Assembly (NCBI GenBank): GCA_951804945.1
Contig: OX638149.1
Coordinates: 86,428,001-86,492,000 of the forward strand
Length of the DNA: 64,000 bases
From: Podarcis cretensis
Lineage: Eukaryota
Direction: 5' to 3'
How positions within the stretch are numbered: position 1 is the first letter of the stretch; the number at the start of each line of letters is the position of its first letter. The notes under the pieces were generated by a model that worked only from the letters and a program-made list of their open reading frames with translations, did no database searches and was not told the origin of the DNA. The translations under genes were made by a program, and so were the position numbers. Positions 13,276 through 26,800 of the stretch are shown piece after piece.

Positions 13276-13645
13276 AAGGTAAAGGTAAAGGTACCTCTGA
13301 CCGTACAGGCCAGTCGTGTCCGACTCTAGGGTTGTGCGCCCATCTCACTTAAGAGGCCGGGGGCCAGCGCTGTCCGGAGACACTTCCGGGTCACGTGGCC
13401 AGCATGACTAAGCTGCTCTGGCGAGCCGGCACCAGCGCAGCACACGGAAACGCCGTTTACCTTCCCGCTAGAAAGCGGTCCCTATTTATCTACTTGCACT
13501 CGGGGGTGCTTTCGAACTGCTAGTTTGGCAGGCGCTGGGACCAAATGACAGGAGCGCACCCCGCCGTGGGGATTCGAACCGCCGACCATGCGATCGGCAA
13601 GTCCTAGGCACTGAGGTTTTACCCACAGCACCACCCGCGTCCCTC
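13276..13645 (-). mobile_element. Sauria SINE (full length)
   Basis: Reverse-complement homologue of 8201-8524; (AAAGGT)n tail; TSD TCTTTGCTGAATA at 13263-13275 and 13646-13658. Confidence 0.9.
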
Positions 13646-16271
13646 TCTTTGCTGAATAGAAGAAATTAAAATGTTGGACTAACACTCCTGAGACTCCACT
13701 GCGCTTCTTCCCAACTTTGGCTTCTTTATTTCTGGTTCTTTCCAAAAGTTGAACCCAGGGGTGAGGAACCTGTAGCCCTCCAGATGTGTTGGACTCCAAC
13801 TTCCATCAGCCTCAAATTAGCATAGTTATGGATGATGCATTATGTTAGTAATACCCACTCTTTAATGTGTTGCCATTCATTTTATTTATCTCAAGCTTTA
13901 TCTCCAAAACGGCAGATCATCCTTATGATGTTTCTGACAACCTATTCTTCCTCTTGTTGCGAGCATTCTTCCTGTTGTTGCTATGCTTCTTAACTCAAAT
14001 TTGGTGAAGTGGGTGGAGAGTTGGAATTTGAGTATAAGGAGATCAAAGTGCAAATTACCACTGAGTCACTAAGCTTGCCTTGGGCAAGTTGCTGTGTTGC
14101 AGTCTAACCCACCTCAATGGATTATTTTCAGGATAGACATGGCAGTTGTACAAGACTTCACATGCTGAAAGATGCTGTATAAACTAACAGTGTCTTTGTT
14201 GCTGCTCATACTCCACAGATACATGCTGGGGCTGCAGGAGAAAACCTGATCCTCTTAGAGCTGTTCTGAACTAACAGCTGCTTGCAGACAATTTTAGATA
14301 TATGTGCACACACTTGCTATCTATATCTTTCAAATGACCTGCACTGGTATGCACATACTTCCCCCACCCTCTCTATCGTGCCAGCCTGGAGAGACAGAGA
14401 AAGAGAGAAAGAGGGAGAGAGACTTGACAGTTGTCATTCATTGTTGCTGCCTTTACCCAAGTATACGGAGCTGAGAATTGTTTGCAAGAGGCATACCACA
14501 AACTTCTTTAACTAATTCTGGGCTGAAAGAGAGCTTGAGGTAAGCAGCCTTTCTGTGTAGTTCATTTTGTGTGCTTGTGCAACTGTAGTCCACCAACAGC
14601 AGCTGATTGGAGTGATGTAACACTGATCTTCTTCAGTAAACGTGATCATGTTATTGGCCTTGCATGTACCTTGGAATTACCGTACTTCGCTTCAGGCAGC
14701 GGTATTTGATGCTTTCAGTGTGGTGTCCAACACTTAAAGTCCTGACATGCTTGAAAGGAACAGGAGCATGATAGACTAGGTGATCTTGGCTAGAGTTTTC
14801 CTCTTTAAATGCATTGGAGAGTGTGGATATCATTGTCCATTTTTGACAACAAAGCTGCCTTTGAAAGCAAATGGCTGGCATGATTCACCTCTGGCTTGGT
14901 AATGAAAATATGGTTCTGAATAAAGAGAAGTTGCAGACAGGCTGCCTTCAAAGGAGACTGGTAGTAAAAAGTAGAGCACTGTATAGTTGGAATCCATAGA
15001 GTGGGAGTACCGGTGCCGGTCTGCCTCACTGTGTGCCCAGTGTGTAATGGGAGTGAAACAGCTGCCTTGCACAGATCCTGCATGTTGGTGACGTAGCATA
15101 GATGTATTCCACTGAAAGTATGGGTTGGGGCCAGCCAAGAACATGTGCACCACCCAAAAGTACTGAGAAAGATGTCCAAAAGAGAACAGGTGGAGGCTGC
15201 TTTTCTCCAAAAGATGATTTGATTTGAGTTTTCTTAAGGGGAACAATGGATTGTGAGAACCCAGCAGACTGAATTACATATTGGAAATTCATAAATTTAG
15301 ATGGGAAAATCATTTGCATGCTGTTTCTTTAAACTTAAAGAGCTATGAAACCCTGGTCTGACCTGACAGGGAATAAAGAACTTTGCTGGGTTCCAGGACA
15401 GAATGCAATACTCTTCTGAAGATTGTATTTTGATTTTGTGTTCTCAAGTCTCAATTCTAGTAAATCTGGATCAGGAAGAGTTCCTTCCTTGCTAGTCCTG
15501 GGCACTCTTGGATTCTTCCCACCACTGGCCCTGTGGTGCCTAGCTCCCCTGCCTTTGTACCCCTCTACCTTCCATGATGATAAACAGTAAAGATTCCACT
15601 GCCACCCCTAAAATAAAATAAAGTGAAGTATATGGATGTTGGAGACACCATTGATGCAAGGAGGAAAAGGGGGCAGTTTTGAATACAAAGTTATTCACTT
15701 GGGATCTAGTGCCTCTTGGCTCCATTTGCTCACCCAGCAAAAGGAGCCAAGAGACACTGGATCCTGAATGGAGATCTGTGTACTTAGTGGAACATTTTTT
15801 TTTAAATACCCCATTTAATTAGCACTAGTTAATTAGTTTATTTAATGGTGCAGGAAGCATTCCCAGTACACATTAATTATACTTCTGTACATTGCCTGTG
15901 ACAACAGCAAGTCACAAAGTGCTACTATCAATGCCTGCACATGGATGTACATGGGTGGGGTTAGAGGAGAGGCTAGACCAGGCATAAAAACCCAGATAAC
16001 ACTGCTGGGTTAAGTTGCAAGGGGTTATGCCTTAAGTGGGTGTAGCTCAGTTCTTCAACTGACTTTTTGGATTCTTGAGAAACTTTCCTTTCTACTGGAT
16101 AGGTTTCTCAAAGAAGCGAAAGTAAAAATGTTCATCCCATTTTTACTTCTGGTAAACAGGTTTTGCAGCGTTTTATATTCTTTCAAAAACCTGATTGACC
16201 ATAGGTAACAATGGGACAAAGTAAATAATGCCTCTCTCAAGGCATCCAGTTTTCTCTAAAACTACTGCCTC

Positions 16272-16598
16272 AGACCCTCCAAGTGTCCCGATTTTCCAGG
16301 GACATTCCTGTCCTGGTTTCTGATTTGATCCCGGAATGTCCTGATTTTTCTTAGGATATCCCTATTTTCATTGGAGAAATGTTTGAGGGCATGAAGATAT
16401 CCAACCCCCGAGCCATCTGAAGGCAATCCTGTATAGGAAAGATTTTTTTAAAAATGTTTAATGTTTTAGTATGTTTTTATATATCTTGGAAGCTGCCCAG
16501 AGTGCTGGGGCAAACCAATAAGATGTGTGGGGTATAAATAGTAAAATTATTATGGAATGGGACGTCCCTATTTTCATCGAAGAAATGTTCAAGGTATA
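16272..16598. mobile_element. Composite repeat containing the same LINE-tail motif
   Basis: Internal direct repeat CCCTATTTTCAT..AGAAATGTT at about 16360 and 16566 brackets the LINE-tail motif. Confidence 0.45.
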
Positions 16599-19500
16599 TG
16601 TGCCTGGCTCCTGCTTGAGAATTGGAATGTTCATGTATGCTTCATCTCACATGTTCTATACTTCCTGCAAAAAATTAAAATCTTTTAAAACTAATTCAAA
16701 ACTTTCTCTACATGGGAAAGTGATTTTTCCACTGTCCAATAGTTTCCCATTATATTCACATAAGCGGGGAGCAACCACTTGGAAGGGGCAGACAAAGAAG
16801 GGCCTCCCTGGGATGATGAATACAGGGTCTGGGCTGGTTCATGAGAAGAGATGAAGTTTCCAAGGTTTTGGGACCCTGAGCCACATAAGGCTTTATAGGT
16901 TAAGCCAGCACCTTTAATTAAGTCCAGAGATAATTGGAAGCCAGTGCAGTTGTGCCAGAATTGGTGTTATATGTTCAGACCTTCTTGCGTTGGTCAACAA
17001 TCTAGCTGCCAAATTCTACATCAGGTGCATTTACTGATCCATTTTCTTAGGCGAAATTATATAATTCATTTTTGCTTGGGGGCGGTGGGCATGTTCACAT
17101 GTCTTCCTTTAGCCATTTGTTCATCCCACACTTTTCAACGCATTTCTCATCACTTTCCAAACTGCAAAAAGTCAGGTTCTTTTTTAAAAAGTGAATTAGT
17201 TGCACCAGGATTGCAGAGCCCTTTAATCCACTTTAAATGCATTCCCCCCAAATAGTGACCATATGGAGGCACCTTTGCTCTACTTCAGGTAGAGGATGCC
17301 CATTTAACTCAAGGTCATTTCTGCTAAACTAAGCCAAGCCCATCTGCCCTACACCTGATGTCATATGTGACAGCAGATGTGGGACTATTAATGATCTAGC
17401 TTAGCCAAAAGGGACTTTGTAGGCACTTCAGCTAAATGGCAGTGCCCACAAAGCCCTGTTAACAGTGCTCCACAAGCCCCAACTGTCAACTGATGGTTGG
17501 GTATTGCACAGAGCATTGCAAGGGTCTAGTGAAATTCTTTGCAATGTACTCCACCATACCTGTGTGGGCAAAAAACCAAAGAGGTCCCTTTTGGCTAAGC
17601 TAGATCATTCGTTATCAGGTCAAAGATGGGTGGGTAACCCTCCCCACCTGTCAGACTTGGCCCACAAGGGATGGGGGAGATAACTATCTGGCTTGCTGGC
17701 CAGATCCAGCTCCCCACCCCTACTTTATTTTTATAAGTAGATCTTATAGCCCAGCCTTCCATCTTAATATGGAATTACGGTATAATGCTAGCCCGAGGAT
17801 TGTTATTTGGCTCAACATCCCCGGATAGTACTAAGTGCCTAGCAGCTTGCAGCATATTGAATTCCCTCACCTGGCTTCTTTCTTTCCTTCCTTCCTGAAG
17901 TTGAGGCCCTGAAAATCACTCCTCGTAGGGCTCTGATAAATTGCTATGGAGACAGCAAACTTTTCCTCTTCCTTACTGCATAGGTGGCTGTTTTGTCCTA
18001 CATTCCATCCTAGCTCACTTCCTGTTGAGGGCTGTTCTAGGGTTCTGTTTCAGTGATCATAGAAGCAGTTCCAGTACACAGAAATATCTGAACACTCGGG
18101 TATCCTCTGATGACAGGAATGTTGGAGCTGGGATGGTATTATTAGAATAGTGTTTGGCAAGGAAGTCAGAGCAGGGAGCGTGTTTACTAGAGAGCTTTGT
18201 GCCCAGGCCAAAGGCATTAAAATGCTTGAAGATCTGCAAACAGATAAGAGAGAGTGGAGAGAAAGTACTTAAGATGGCAGAAAAGGTGGCTATAAAAATA
18301 ATCTCTATCTGGTGGGAATTTTTGGTCCGTTTCATAAAACAGAAAAATCTCCATTTCAGGGGACATGGCCTAGAAAAGTTTTTACATCTGAACAGGAAGA
18401 CACAGCTCAACAGCAGGGAACAGCTGCCTACACATAACTGCTGACCAGGCAGAGAGAATCTTGCAAAAATAACTTACCTATCTGCACAATTTTCCATATT
18501 TATACATCTGTCTGTGTGTCCACCTTTTCCTCCTGGACTCACTTTGCTGACGGGGGAAGTGATGGAGAATGTAAAAAGCGGCTTAGTCATCAACTTGAGA
18601 CAATAGTTTATAAGCTGGCATGAATGTCTTCGTGACAACCTCAGCCATCTCCTCCTTCTTTGCACACCTGTTCATATGTTTACAATTCTGCTGCCATCAA
18701 GTGACATGGAACTGCTGAGGTATTCCAAACTGCTGTGGCTCTCACCTCAGACTGTGTGTTCAAAGGAGTTCTGGTCAAAAGGAAATGCCTGTCATGCATA
18801 ACAAAAGCCAAGGAGCAATTATAATTATAAGTGTAATAGGTTCAGGCTATCACAGGTCCAGTCTCTTATTCCTTTCTCCCAAACGTAATCACAGGACAGG
18901 TTGAAGCAAATTGTATGTGCCACTGTATAGGGTTAGAGCAGCTTACCTGTATGCTTTATTATGCTGCCTTTGAGGTCTGGCTGAGGGAAATACACAGAGT
19001 GACTGTCAGACAAATTTTATACCTGCCACTTAAAGTGCTTTTGAGCTTCTTTCCATCTGTTGGTGTGAATGTGTGAAATGCAAAAATGCTGTTTTAAATT
19101 GATTGTATGGGGGGGAGGGTTAATTGATTGATGACTAATGAAGCAAGGTGGATTTATAATCTTATTTCAACTTCTGTGTGTTTTTATGTCACCTGTGAAA
19201 AGACACATTCTTTCTGCTTTTTAGTACCCCACCCATCATTTTCCTCATCTCACTATATGTATTTGGGATCCCCCCCCCACATTTTAACCTTGGGGAAGGC
19301 CTCCTTATGTCATAGTTAACAGGCATAGCTCTCTTGCCCAGTTCCCTCTCCTTCCCCAGGGCTGTCTGCTTCATACCATCCCCTTTGGTATTTCTCCCCT
19401 CCGCCTGGTCTGGGTGAAACTTGACAATCTGGGGTCAAACTCTGCCAGTTGTGCTAGCATTTGTTTCATCCAGGATGATTTGCAAATGCCCAGAAGGCTT

Positions 19501-20133
19501 TTTCAGACTGTGTTCATCTCAGGAATGACCAGAGAGTGGTGAGAGTTATAGGAATTCTCATGGGTGAAATCGGTTGTTTTCCTCTCAGTCTTGTTAGTTA
19601 CACCGGAGGGGCAGAGAAAAGGTGAAGGAAACTGCATTGTGGAACAGGTAATAGTGAAAGAAATGGTGGCAAGACTAGGAGGAGAATGGGATGGGCAATG
19701 AAGAAAGGGCAGTACACAGTGTTCGGCTGTGGCAAGTACAATAAGCGATAGGATTATATTGGAGTCTGGTCACAGGGAAGTATGGACCAGCATCTGAGAG
19801 AGGCAAGTAAGGTGAACATCTTTTGCTTGAGCAGCTAGACATTTAAAGTAGGAGACACATGATTTCTAAGTGGTGATAATGCACACTCACTGAAACAAAA
19901 GAAGATTCCCAAGTGCACTGTGATATATCTCTGCTAGATTATGCCAGTGCGATTTCAACCTAAATGTGTGTGTCAGGGGTGAGGAACCTATTGCCTTCAA
20001 TCTGTTGTTGGGCTCCAATGCCCCAGCCAGCACAGAGATGTTGAGAGCCATATGTCCGCAATCCCTGGAATATGGGCCATGGAGTATGTCTGTGCATGTG
20101 CATGTAACAGATGAATATGTGCATATATAGACT

Positions 20134-20409
20134 AGATAAATAGAAACTGTGGAGAGCAACAATGGGATGCTCGAACCAGAGTGGGAGAAGAGAGCAGTAG
20201 ATGTGAGAGAACAAGGTGGTTATCCACAGTGCAGCTGTGAGCAGACTTTGAGAAATATTGTCCCAGAGGAAGAGGTAAATATGAAAATAAAGATAAGCAT
20301 TATTCGTGGAGTCTCCCACCCTTACATGTTCCCACTGTTTGCTGGGAATCTGGCTAGTAAACAGATAAAATGGGGGAGAACATCATCTCATAGGCTAGCT
20401 GAAAGATAA
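20134..20409 (+). promoter_or_regulatory. Candidate erythroid GATA/CACCC cluster
   Basis: AGATAA at 20134, 20291, 20363 and 20404; CCCACCC at 20315. Confidence 0.3.
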
Positions 20410-22277
20410 CTTTTCCTTCAGTCTGATACATTGGGAATGTGGGTCTTGTCTGGTAAATATTGAAGAACACTAACACACCAGCAGAATTTTTGAGTCTTTT
20501 GGCCATACTCTCAGCAATCATGGATCACATGAGCACTTACTAAATTGTGTGAGACATTAAATCCTTATTAGCAGCTTAAACATAGCCTCTTAGCCATAAT
20601 TTCACATTTAGGTTTGCTGGGCCAATTTCTCCACTTTAGAAGATCCGATCAATTAAATGTGTGTTACTTGTGTTCTGCAAAGCCCCTGGCTTGAAGCATC
20701 ATGCAGAAAAAAAGATACAGTTAAGAGAAAGTGAAACACACTTTAAGTCTCACTGAAATAAAAAGTAAAATAACACTGTGCTTAGATCATGCTGATTTCA
20801 GTGGATTGTATTAGTTGGGATTGTAAAGAACTATGAGTTGAACTTGGATAGAAATTAATTAGCCACATTAGTTTAGTTTTCTTAATTTTTTCCATCACTT
20901 ACCATGACCAAAGGAAATCCCAAAGAAACTGAGCAGAAAAAGTGGAAAAAATGAATAACAGTATATAATGCAGTTTCTGTGCCCTATCTTCCCTCAGTTT
21001 ATCACAGGTGTTACAAGAAACAGTAGTGCCAAGGGAGAGAAGCAAATCTTCAATAACAGGTAGCTCTGTTGCTATTTTAGCATTAGTAGCATGTTTTGGT
21101 TTGGTTTGGTTTGGAAATCCTAAAAGAGCATATTTGGTCCAGGACTGCAGTCTTTACAAATGTTTCAGGAAAGAGGAAGTTTTGAGTATGTCCATTCTCT
21201 TGTAGAAGGCCTTGTATAGATTGTAATGCTATAAGGACAGTTTATCTGTAACACTGTAGACAGTTGGAGATGCAGGGATTTCTTGAGCTGCCCTGCTTTC
21301 ACTATAATGTCAGCAGCTATAAATTAGGGATTTAAAGGCTCAAAAAATTGCATCCCCTCTCCAAAATTTTCAATTTGATTTGGCAATGCATAATCAGAAG
21401 CATCTAGTCCACCTTGACGGATTAGAGCTACCAGAGCAGGTGTTTTGGTTTCATTCTTTCAGACAGTCGGAGGTGGTTTTGTTTTTATTTTTTTGGAGGG
21501 GGAATGTAGTGCCAACACCCTGAAGGGAAATGCTGATCTGATTCCTGGAGAAAAAGTGGTAGGAATCCAATTTGGAACTGAGTGAGCGTAACTGTTTCCT
21601 CTTTTTGAACATGCCTTTTTTATGCAACATATTTTAGCGTATTGTGGCATCTCTACTCCATGTATTTCTGGATTAAACTGATTTTTAAGATCCTTTCTGG
21701 ACTGGTTTTAGGCCTGGTTTTGGAATAAAAACTGTTTTGATTGCATTAGTGCATAAGTAGCCAAGGCAATGCCTTCAAAGTGTTGTTATACTACAACTCC
21801 CATTATCCCTGACCATGTTGGCTGGGGCTGATGGGTGTTGCAGCCCAACAACAACTTGAGAACCTCAGGATGGCTCTCCCTGTGTTAGTGGGTAACCTAT
21901 ATCAGTAAATGGACATGATGAGTGTGACCTTGTTGATTGTCCTGGGCCTCTCACATAACTTTCAGTGTAACTTACTATGGTATCTTTCTGGGTACTTTGT
22001 GGTGGTAGGATTAGGGAACACAGTCTTGCAGTGGTTCTGATCATTATGGAGGATTGATTCTAGTAGGTGGTGCTGGGAGATTATAGACTTTCTAGCCTTT
22101 GGCATTCAGGGTGCCACAAGTTTTCATCTTGTCCCCATTGCTTTTTAATATCTGTATACAACTACTGAGAATGGTCATCCAGAAGTTTAGGCTGAAGTGT
22201 CACCATACACTGATGAAATGCAGCTCTACCTCTCAATATAAGCAACAAACCTGAGGAATTAATGTAGGTGAACAAAT

Positions 22278-22381
22278 TCAGTGCAGATAAGACAGAGGTG
22301 CTGTTGACTCAGTGCAGATAAGACAGAGGCTCTGTTCCTCTGCGTGACTTTAGTCAAATGTGTTTGGGACTTGGTTATCTT
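22278..22381 (+). promoter_or_regulatory. Candidate erythroid enhancer: duplicated GATA site plus AP-1/NF-E2-like site
   Basis: 21-bp repeat TCAGTGCAGATAAGACAGAGG x2, TGACTCA at 22305-22311, and a third site TTATCT at about 22375. Confidence 0.35.
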
Positions 22382-23689
22382 TCCTTGTGTCCTTACCCCT
22401 TCCTTCCTGGATTTGCTGGTTGTAGCTTTTTTCTGTTGCTTCATGGTGTATGGAACAAAGTTTTCTCCATTCACTTGTAAGGAGCAGGGAAAGGGGGCTG
22501 AAGCAGGAAAATCCCTTTAGCGGGAAAACAATCCCTACCCTTGCATACAATAAGATATGGCAGATTGTATAGGGTGAAAATCAAGTTTTAAACTTTGCCT
22601 AGGATTGCAAAAGAGCTTGCACTTTTGTCCATTATCTGAGTTTTTCTTTCTGCTCTTTTAGAAGTTTGAAGAAGGCAGTCAGGATTCATGTTATGTCTTC
22701 CCTCCCAAAAAAGGACAGAAAATGTGGATTGTCAGAAAGAGAGGACCAGTCCTTCTAGCCCCTTCCTGTGTTCTTCCCAGTGTGAATTCATTTCCCCCTT
22801 TTGGAGAATATAGTGTCCACAACTCCATTTCTGTGTCATGCTAAGCCCACTAGTAGCCCACCCACCCTGTTCCAAAAACAAGAGTTCCATTTTAGGCATG
22901 CACACAGGCATTTGTTTACCTGTCCATTGCCATTTTTTAAAAAACAACAACAATGAACTACAAGTTTTCTAGTATAACAGACTTGCACAAAACAGTAGGT
23001 TAAAAAATAAGAAAGTGTGTGTTGTGCCTAGATGCACAAACAGTCCACGAATGGTAGTAGAGAGAATAGTCCCCACCCACATTCAAAGAACCCACACATT
23101 GTGGTTCAGTATGTCCACAGTTGGGTAACATGAAAAACATGTTAGAGTGCCCCCCCCCGGAAAATCTCAATTAAAGTTAGGAGGATGGAGAAAAACACCA
23201 GCACAGGTTGCCACTTGAATGAGGACAATTTCGTGTGGACAACGTGAAAAATATACACACATGGGATGCATCGATTCCACTTCAAAGTAAATCCTGAGAC
23301 TAGCAGAATGTTTTTCTGAAAGCTCCACACAAAGGCAGGCTGTGCTATGTGAAATGCAATCTTCCTGTAAGTTATATCCCCACCTACTGGGCACAGTTAA
23401 CTCTGATGCATTCAAATACCCTGCTGGTGGCTGCTGCAATATTTCATAACGTGCAGAAGCTGGGAGCTAGAAAAATATGTAAACGGCAATTGTGGCTTGC
23501 AGCTTCCTTGAATTATCTTGAGGTGTCTTGTTTTGCTTTTAGATGTGTGTGTGTGTGTATGTGTGTGTTTTGGTGGCAGTGGGAGACTGAGAACATGTTT
23601 TCCTGGGAGAGGTAACACTTTGCTTTGCTTCCCTTCAGGGACCTTTTCATGCTAACTAAAACAAGAACAGCAGCCAAACGCCCAGAACT

Positions 23690-23837
23690 ATGACATCGGC
23701 CACTGATTTTGATCACTTGGAGATTCAGCAGCAGTACAGTCGGATCAACGCTCGCTGGGACGCATCTGACGATGAGCTGGACAATGACAACAGTTCTGCT
23801 AGGCTGTTCGAGAGATCTCGGATCAAAGCTCTGGCAG
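23690..23837 (+). CDS. SPTB: SPTB coding exon 1 (exon begins 23639 with 51 nt of 5'UTR)
   Basis: Acceptor cccttcag|23639; ATG 23690; MTSATDF...RIKALA; donor GCAG|gtacac; 148 coding nt. Confidence 0.95.
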
Positions 23838-26800
23838 GTACACACGGCCATTGCCTCATGGAGACATTTCTTCATATGCTGATCCCTAACTTTTCTCTCC
23901 TCACTGAGTAGTAGCACACTTTGCGAGGATCTGTTTTTGCTGCTATCCCTTCATTTTTAAAAGAGCCCTCTTAAGAGCTCTGCACAACCTGCAGGCCGCC
24001 AGCCCAATTACCAAGCACCAGTCTGCCAAGTTCTTGATGCCGTCTCTGTTTTTGTAGTCCCAGGCAGGCAGGCAGGAAAAAACAAGAGCTTTGTTAAGAC
24101 TCTGACAGCCTAATGTATGTGGCTGGTAGGTTGCATTTGGCTTGGGTTGGTCAGGTTGTCTGGGATTGCCTTAGAGCCTAATGTTATGTTAGGTGGTGCT
24201 TATATGATTCTTCACCATAGGCTAGTGTCAGAGCATCTTGGAGGCTTTAATGTAGCTTTGCAAATAAGTACTGAGGCCATATATCACCTGCTGTGGCCAT
24301 CTGCCCCTCTCTCATCCATCACTCCCTTTTGCTACGATCATATCAAGGACAGTCTCTCAAAGAGAAGGGGAGAGAGCTCACACACTTAAGTAGCTGTATA
24401 GCAGGCTGCTGTTTCCTCCCAGCTGGGGAAATGCTGTATGGTTACAAGACCCCGCAAGCACATACTCACATACACACATGCACTTGGAAGGAAAACAAGA
24501 GACAAGGTGTATGCAGCAAACATATTGCTGTATTGTGTTTCCTTTGTGGCCAATAATCAGGTGCAGAGAGGTCTGAGTAGGCAGGTGGCAGTGGGAAAGG
24601 TGGACAGACAAGGGGGTTTGTCAAGTCAGACACCCACTAAAAGCTTTGTCTTGCAACTAGAAAGCCAGTGCTTGCAGAACAAGACTGTTTTTAACAGGCT
24701 TCTTTGCACTTGGAGGAAAGAGAGATGGCATATACATTACCTACTGAACCACATAACTTTGGGCACAACACAGCCGTGTGGAATGAATGAAAAGCTGAGT
24801 GTAGACAGATGAAAGTGGTAGGAATTTATGTTTAGGCCAAGGAAAGGCCTTCCAGTTCACTGAGAGAGGAGGCAGAAATAGTGGGAGATTCTATTTGTGA
24901 ATCTACAGGGGTTCTTTATTTAAAGGGATATTACTGTATATTACAGGCCAGATTGCAAGGGCAGAAGACTGGCCACCTAACCTGGTAGACTTCTGGATGA
25001 AAGCAAGAAACTCTCCCCATGTCATTCATATAACTGGCCTGAAATCTCTAATTTTTAGCAGAAAAGAAACACTTTTCAGCCTTGATACAAAATGTTAATT
25101 TCAAACCAATACAAATCTAAACAAGCTTCAGACTTGTTTAATTATTGCAGCTTCCGCCCTAAGATCTTTAAGGTTTGTAGATCTTGGAAGTGGCAATGAA
25201 GCTTTAACAAATGATCCTCAAAACAGCTCACATTTGCAGTGTAGAAACATAGCTCAAGAATTCCATATGATGAACCACCTGCTGTATCTTCATGTGAATT
25301 GTTCAGTTAATAACTGGGGTGCAGGATGATAGTTCCCAGCCTGCGTTTTAATGATTTATGTGCAGCCTTGGTCCTCTAATGAAGGCTTGAATCTGACATG
25401 TGCCTCAAGTCACGACTCTTAACAAAATCTGAATTAGCTGAACAATAAACTGAGATCATATTGTCTAAATATTACTCACTCCCCAGTTCACGTTTGTATT
25501 TGAACCCATCAGTTTGGCTAAATAGAATTTTAAGCCCTTGGGAGCCTGGAGCTCATCCAATTAAGTCGGGTGGGTGGGAGGAAGAATCTAATGCAATTAG
25601 AGGGGTCCCAAGTCAAATGCACTTTCTCCCTGCAGGGGAAACGTGCAATAAACAGGCGGTAATGTTTCTTAGCACAATATATTGGGGAATAGGGGAAGTG
25701 AATTCTGCGTTGGAGGATTCTGGGGGAAATGGGAGAATGTAGCAATGATAGTTTACTGCAGGTATGCTCCTCAAGAATTTGGAATTGCCTGCAAGCTTCC
25801 TGTTGACAATACACCATGTAGCAAACCCAGTTGCCTGGGTCCTAAGAAACAAGTTTTCTTTAAGCATGCCTTCTGTGTGGCTTCACAGCAAGTTCAAATG
25901 ATGTGGGTTAATTATTTCTGAACCTACATTGGGTGCTTCCGGATGGTCTGTTTTATTGAACATTTATCCTGATTTCTTCTTATGGAGATTAGATAATGTT
26001 GGCTATCTAATGAACAGCCATTCCAGTTTGTTTGCAGGGAGGTTAGATGATGTGTCAAACCATTATCCTGCACTTTCCAATATATTTCCCCATCACTTTC
26101 CTTAGCACAACCTCCGTACCCTGCTCCCCATCTTTTAGGGAAGTGAGTTTGTTGCACAAGACCTCCCAATCAACTGCAATTTCACAATCTGAATTTGCCA
26201 GTATGTGATTGGATCCAACCAGAAGATAGTGACAGCCTGGAAGTGACCATGATGTACCATGACTGTGTGGACAAAAGAGTGGTGAAAGGGATGGATTTTT
26301 CTTTGAGTGGCAGGCAGGTGTGCCTTGTGTTTGTCAGAATGCTTGAAGGCCAATGAAGTGCCTGAGGGCTTATCCACACTCACCTTTCCTCCACTGTTTC
26401 TAGGCATGGTCCATGATTTAAAACATTGTGTCCAAGCACCCCGCCCCCCGCTTTTTCTTTTTCTTTTCTTTTTTTTTGCTCTGGCGTTTCCTCTGCAAAA
26501 ACCTGCTCTTTAAAGTTCAAAAATAGCAGGGCAAAGAGCAGGAAAGAGCAAGGCAAAAGGTACCGGCAAGTGTGGATAAGCCCTGCATATTACTGTGCCC
26601 CAAAGCACAGTTTGTCCCTTCTTCAGATGGGTTCAAACAGTACCCTGCTGTTATCAGTGATTCTGGTAACTGCCATAGCTATTTTAGTCACTCTGACACA
26701 TGACTTGAGAATTACGTTTTGGAAATTCCGGTCTTGGATTCCTGACACATCGCAAGCCCTGTACCCAGTAGCTAGCTTTCTAAAAGCTGCCTGATTTTAA

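Noticed and set aside
22278-22329. Repeat-spacer-repeat pattern resembling a CRISPR array
   Set aside because: Only two copies with a 10-nt spacer, in a vertebrate intron; a simple tandem duplication.
3100-23600. Many 60-140 aa ORFs in the ORF track
   Set aside because: No domain similarity, many non-ATG starts and low-complexity composition, as expected for random non-coding ORFs.
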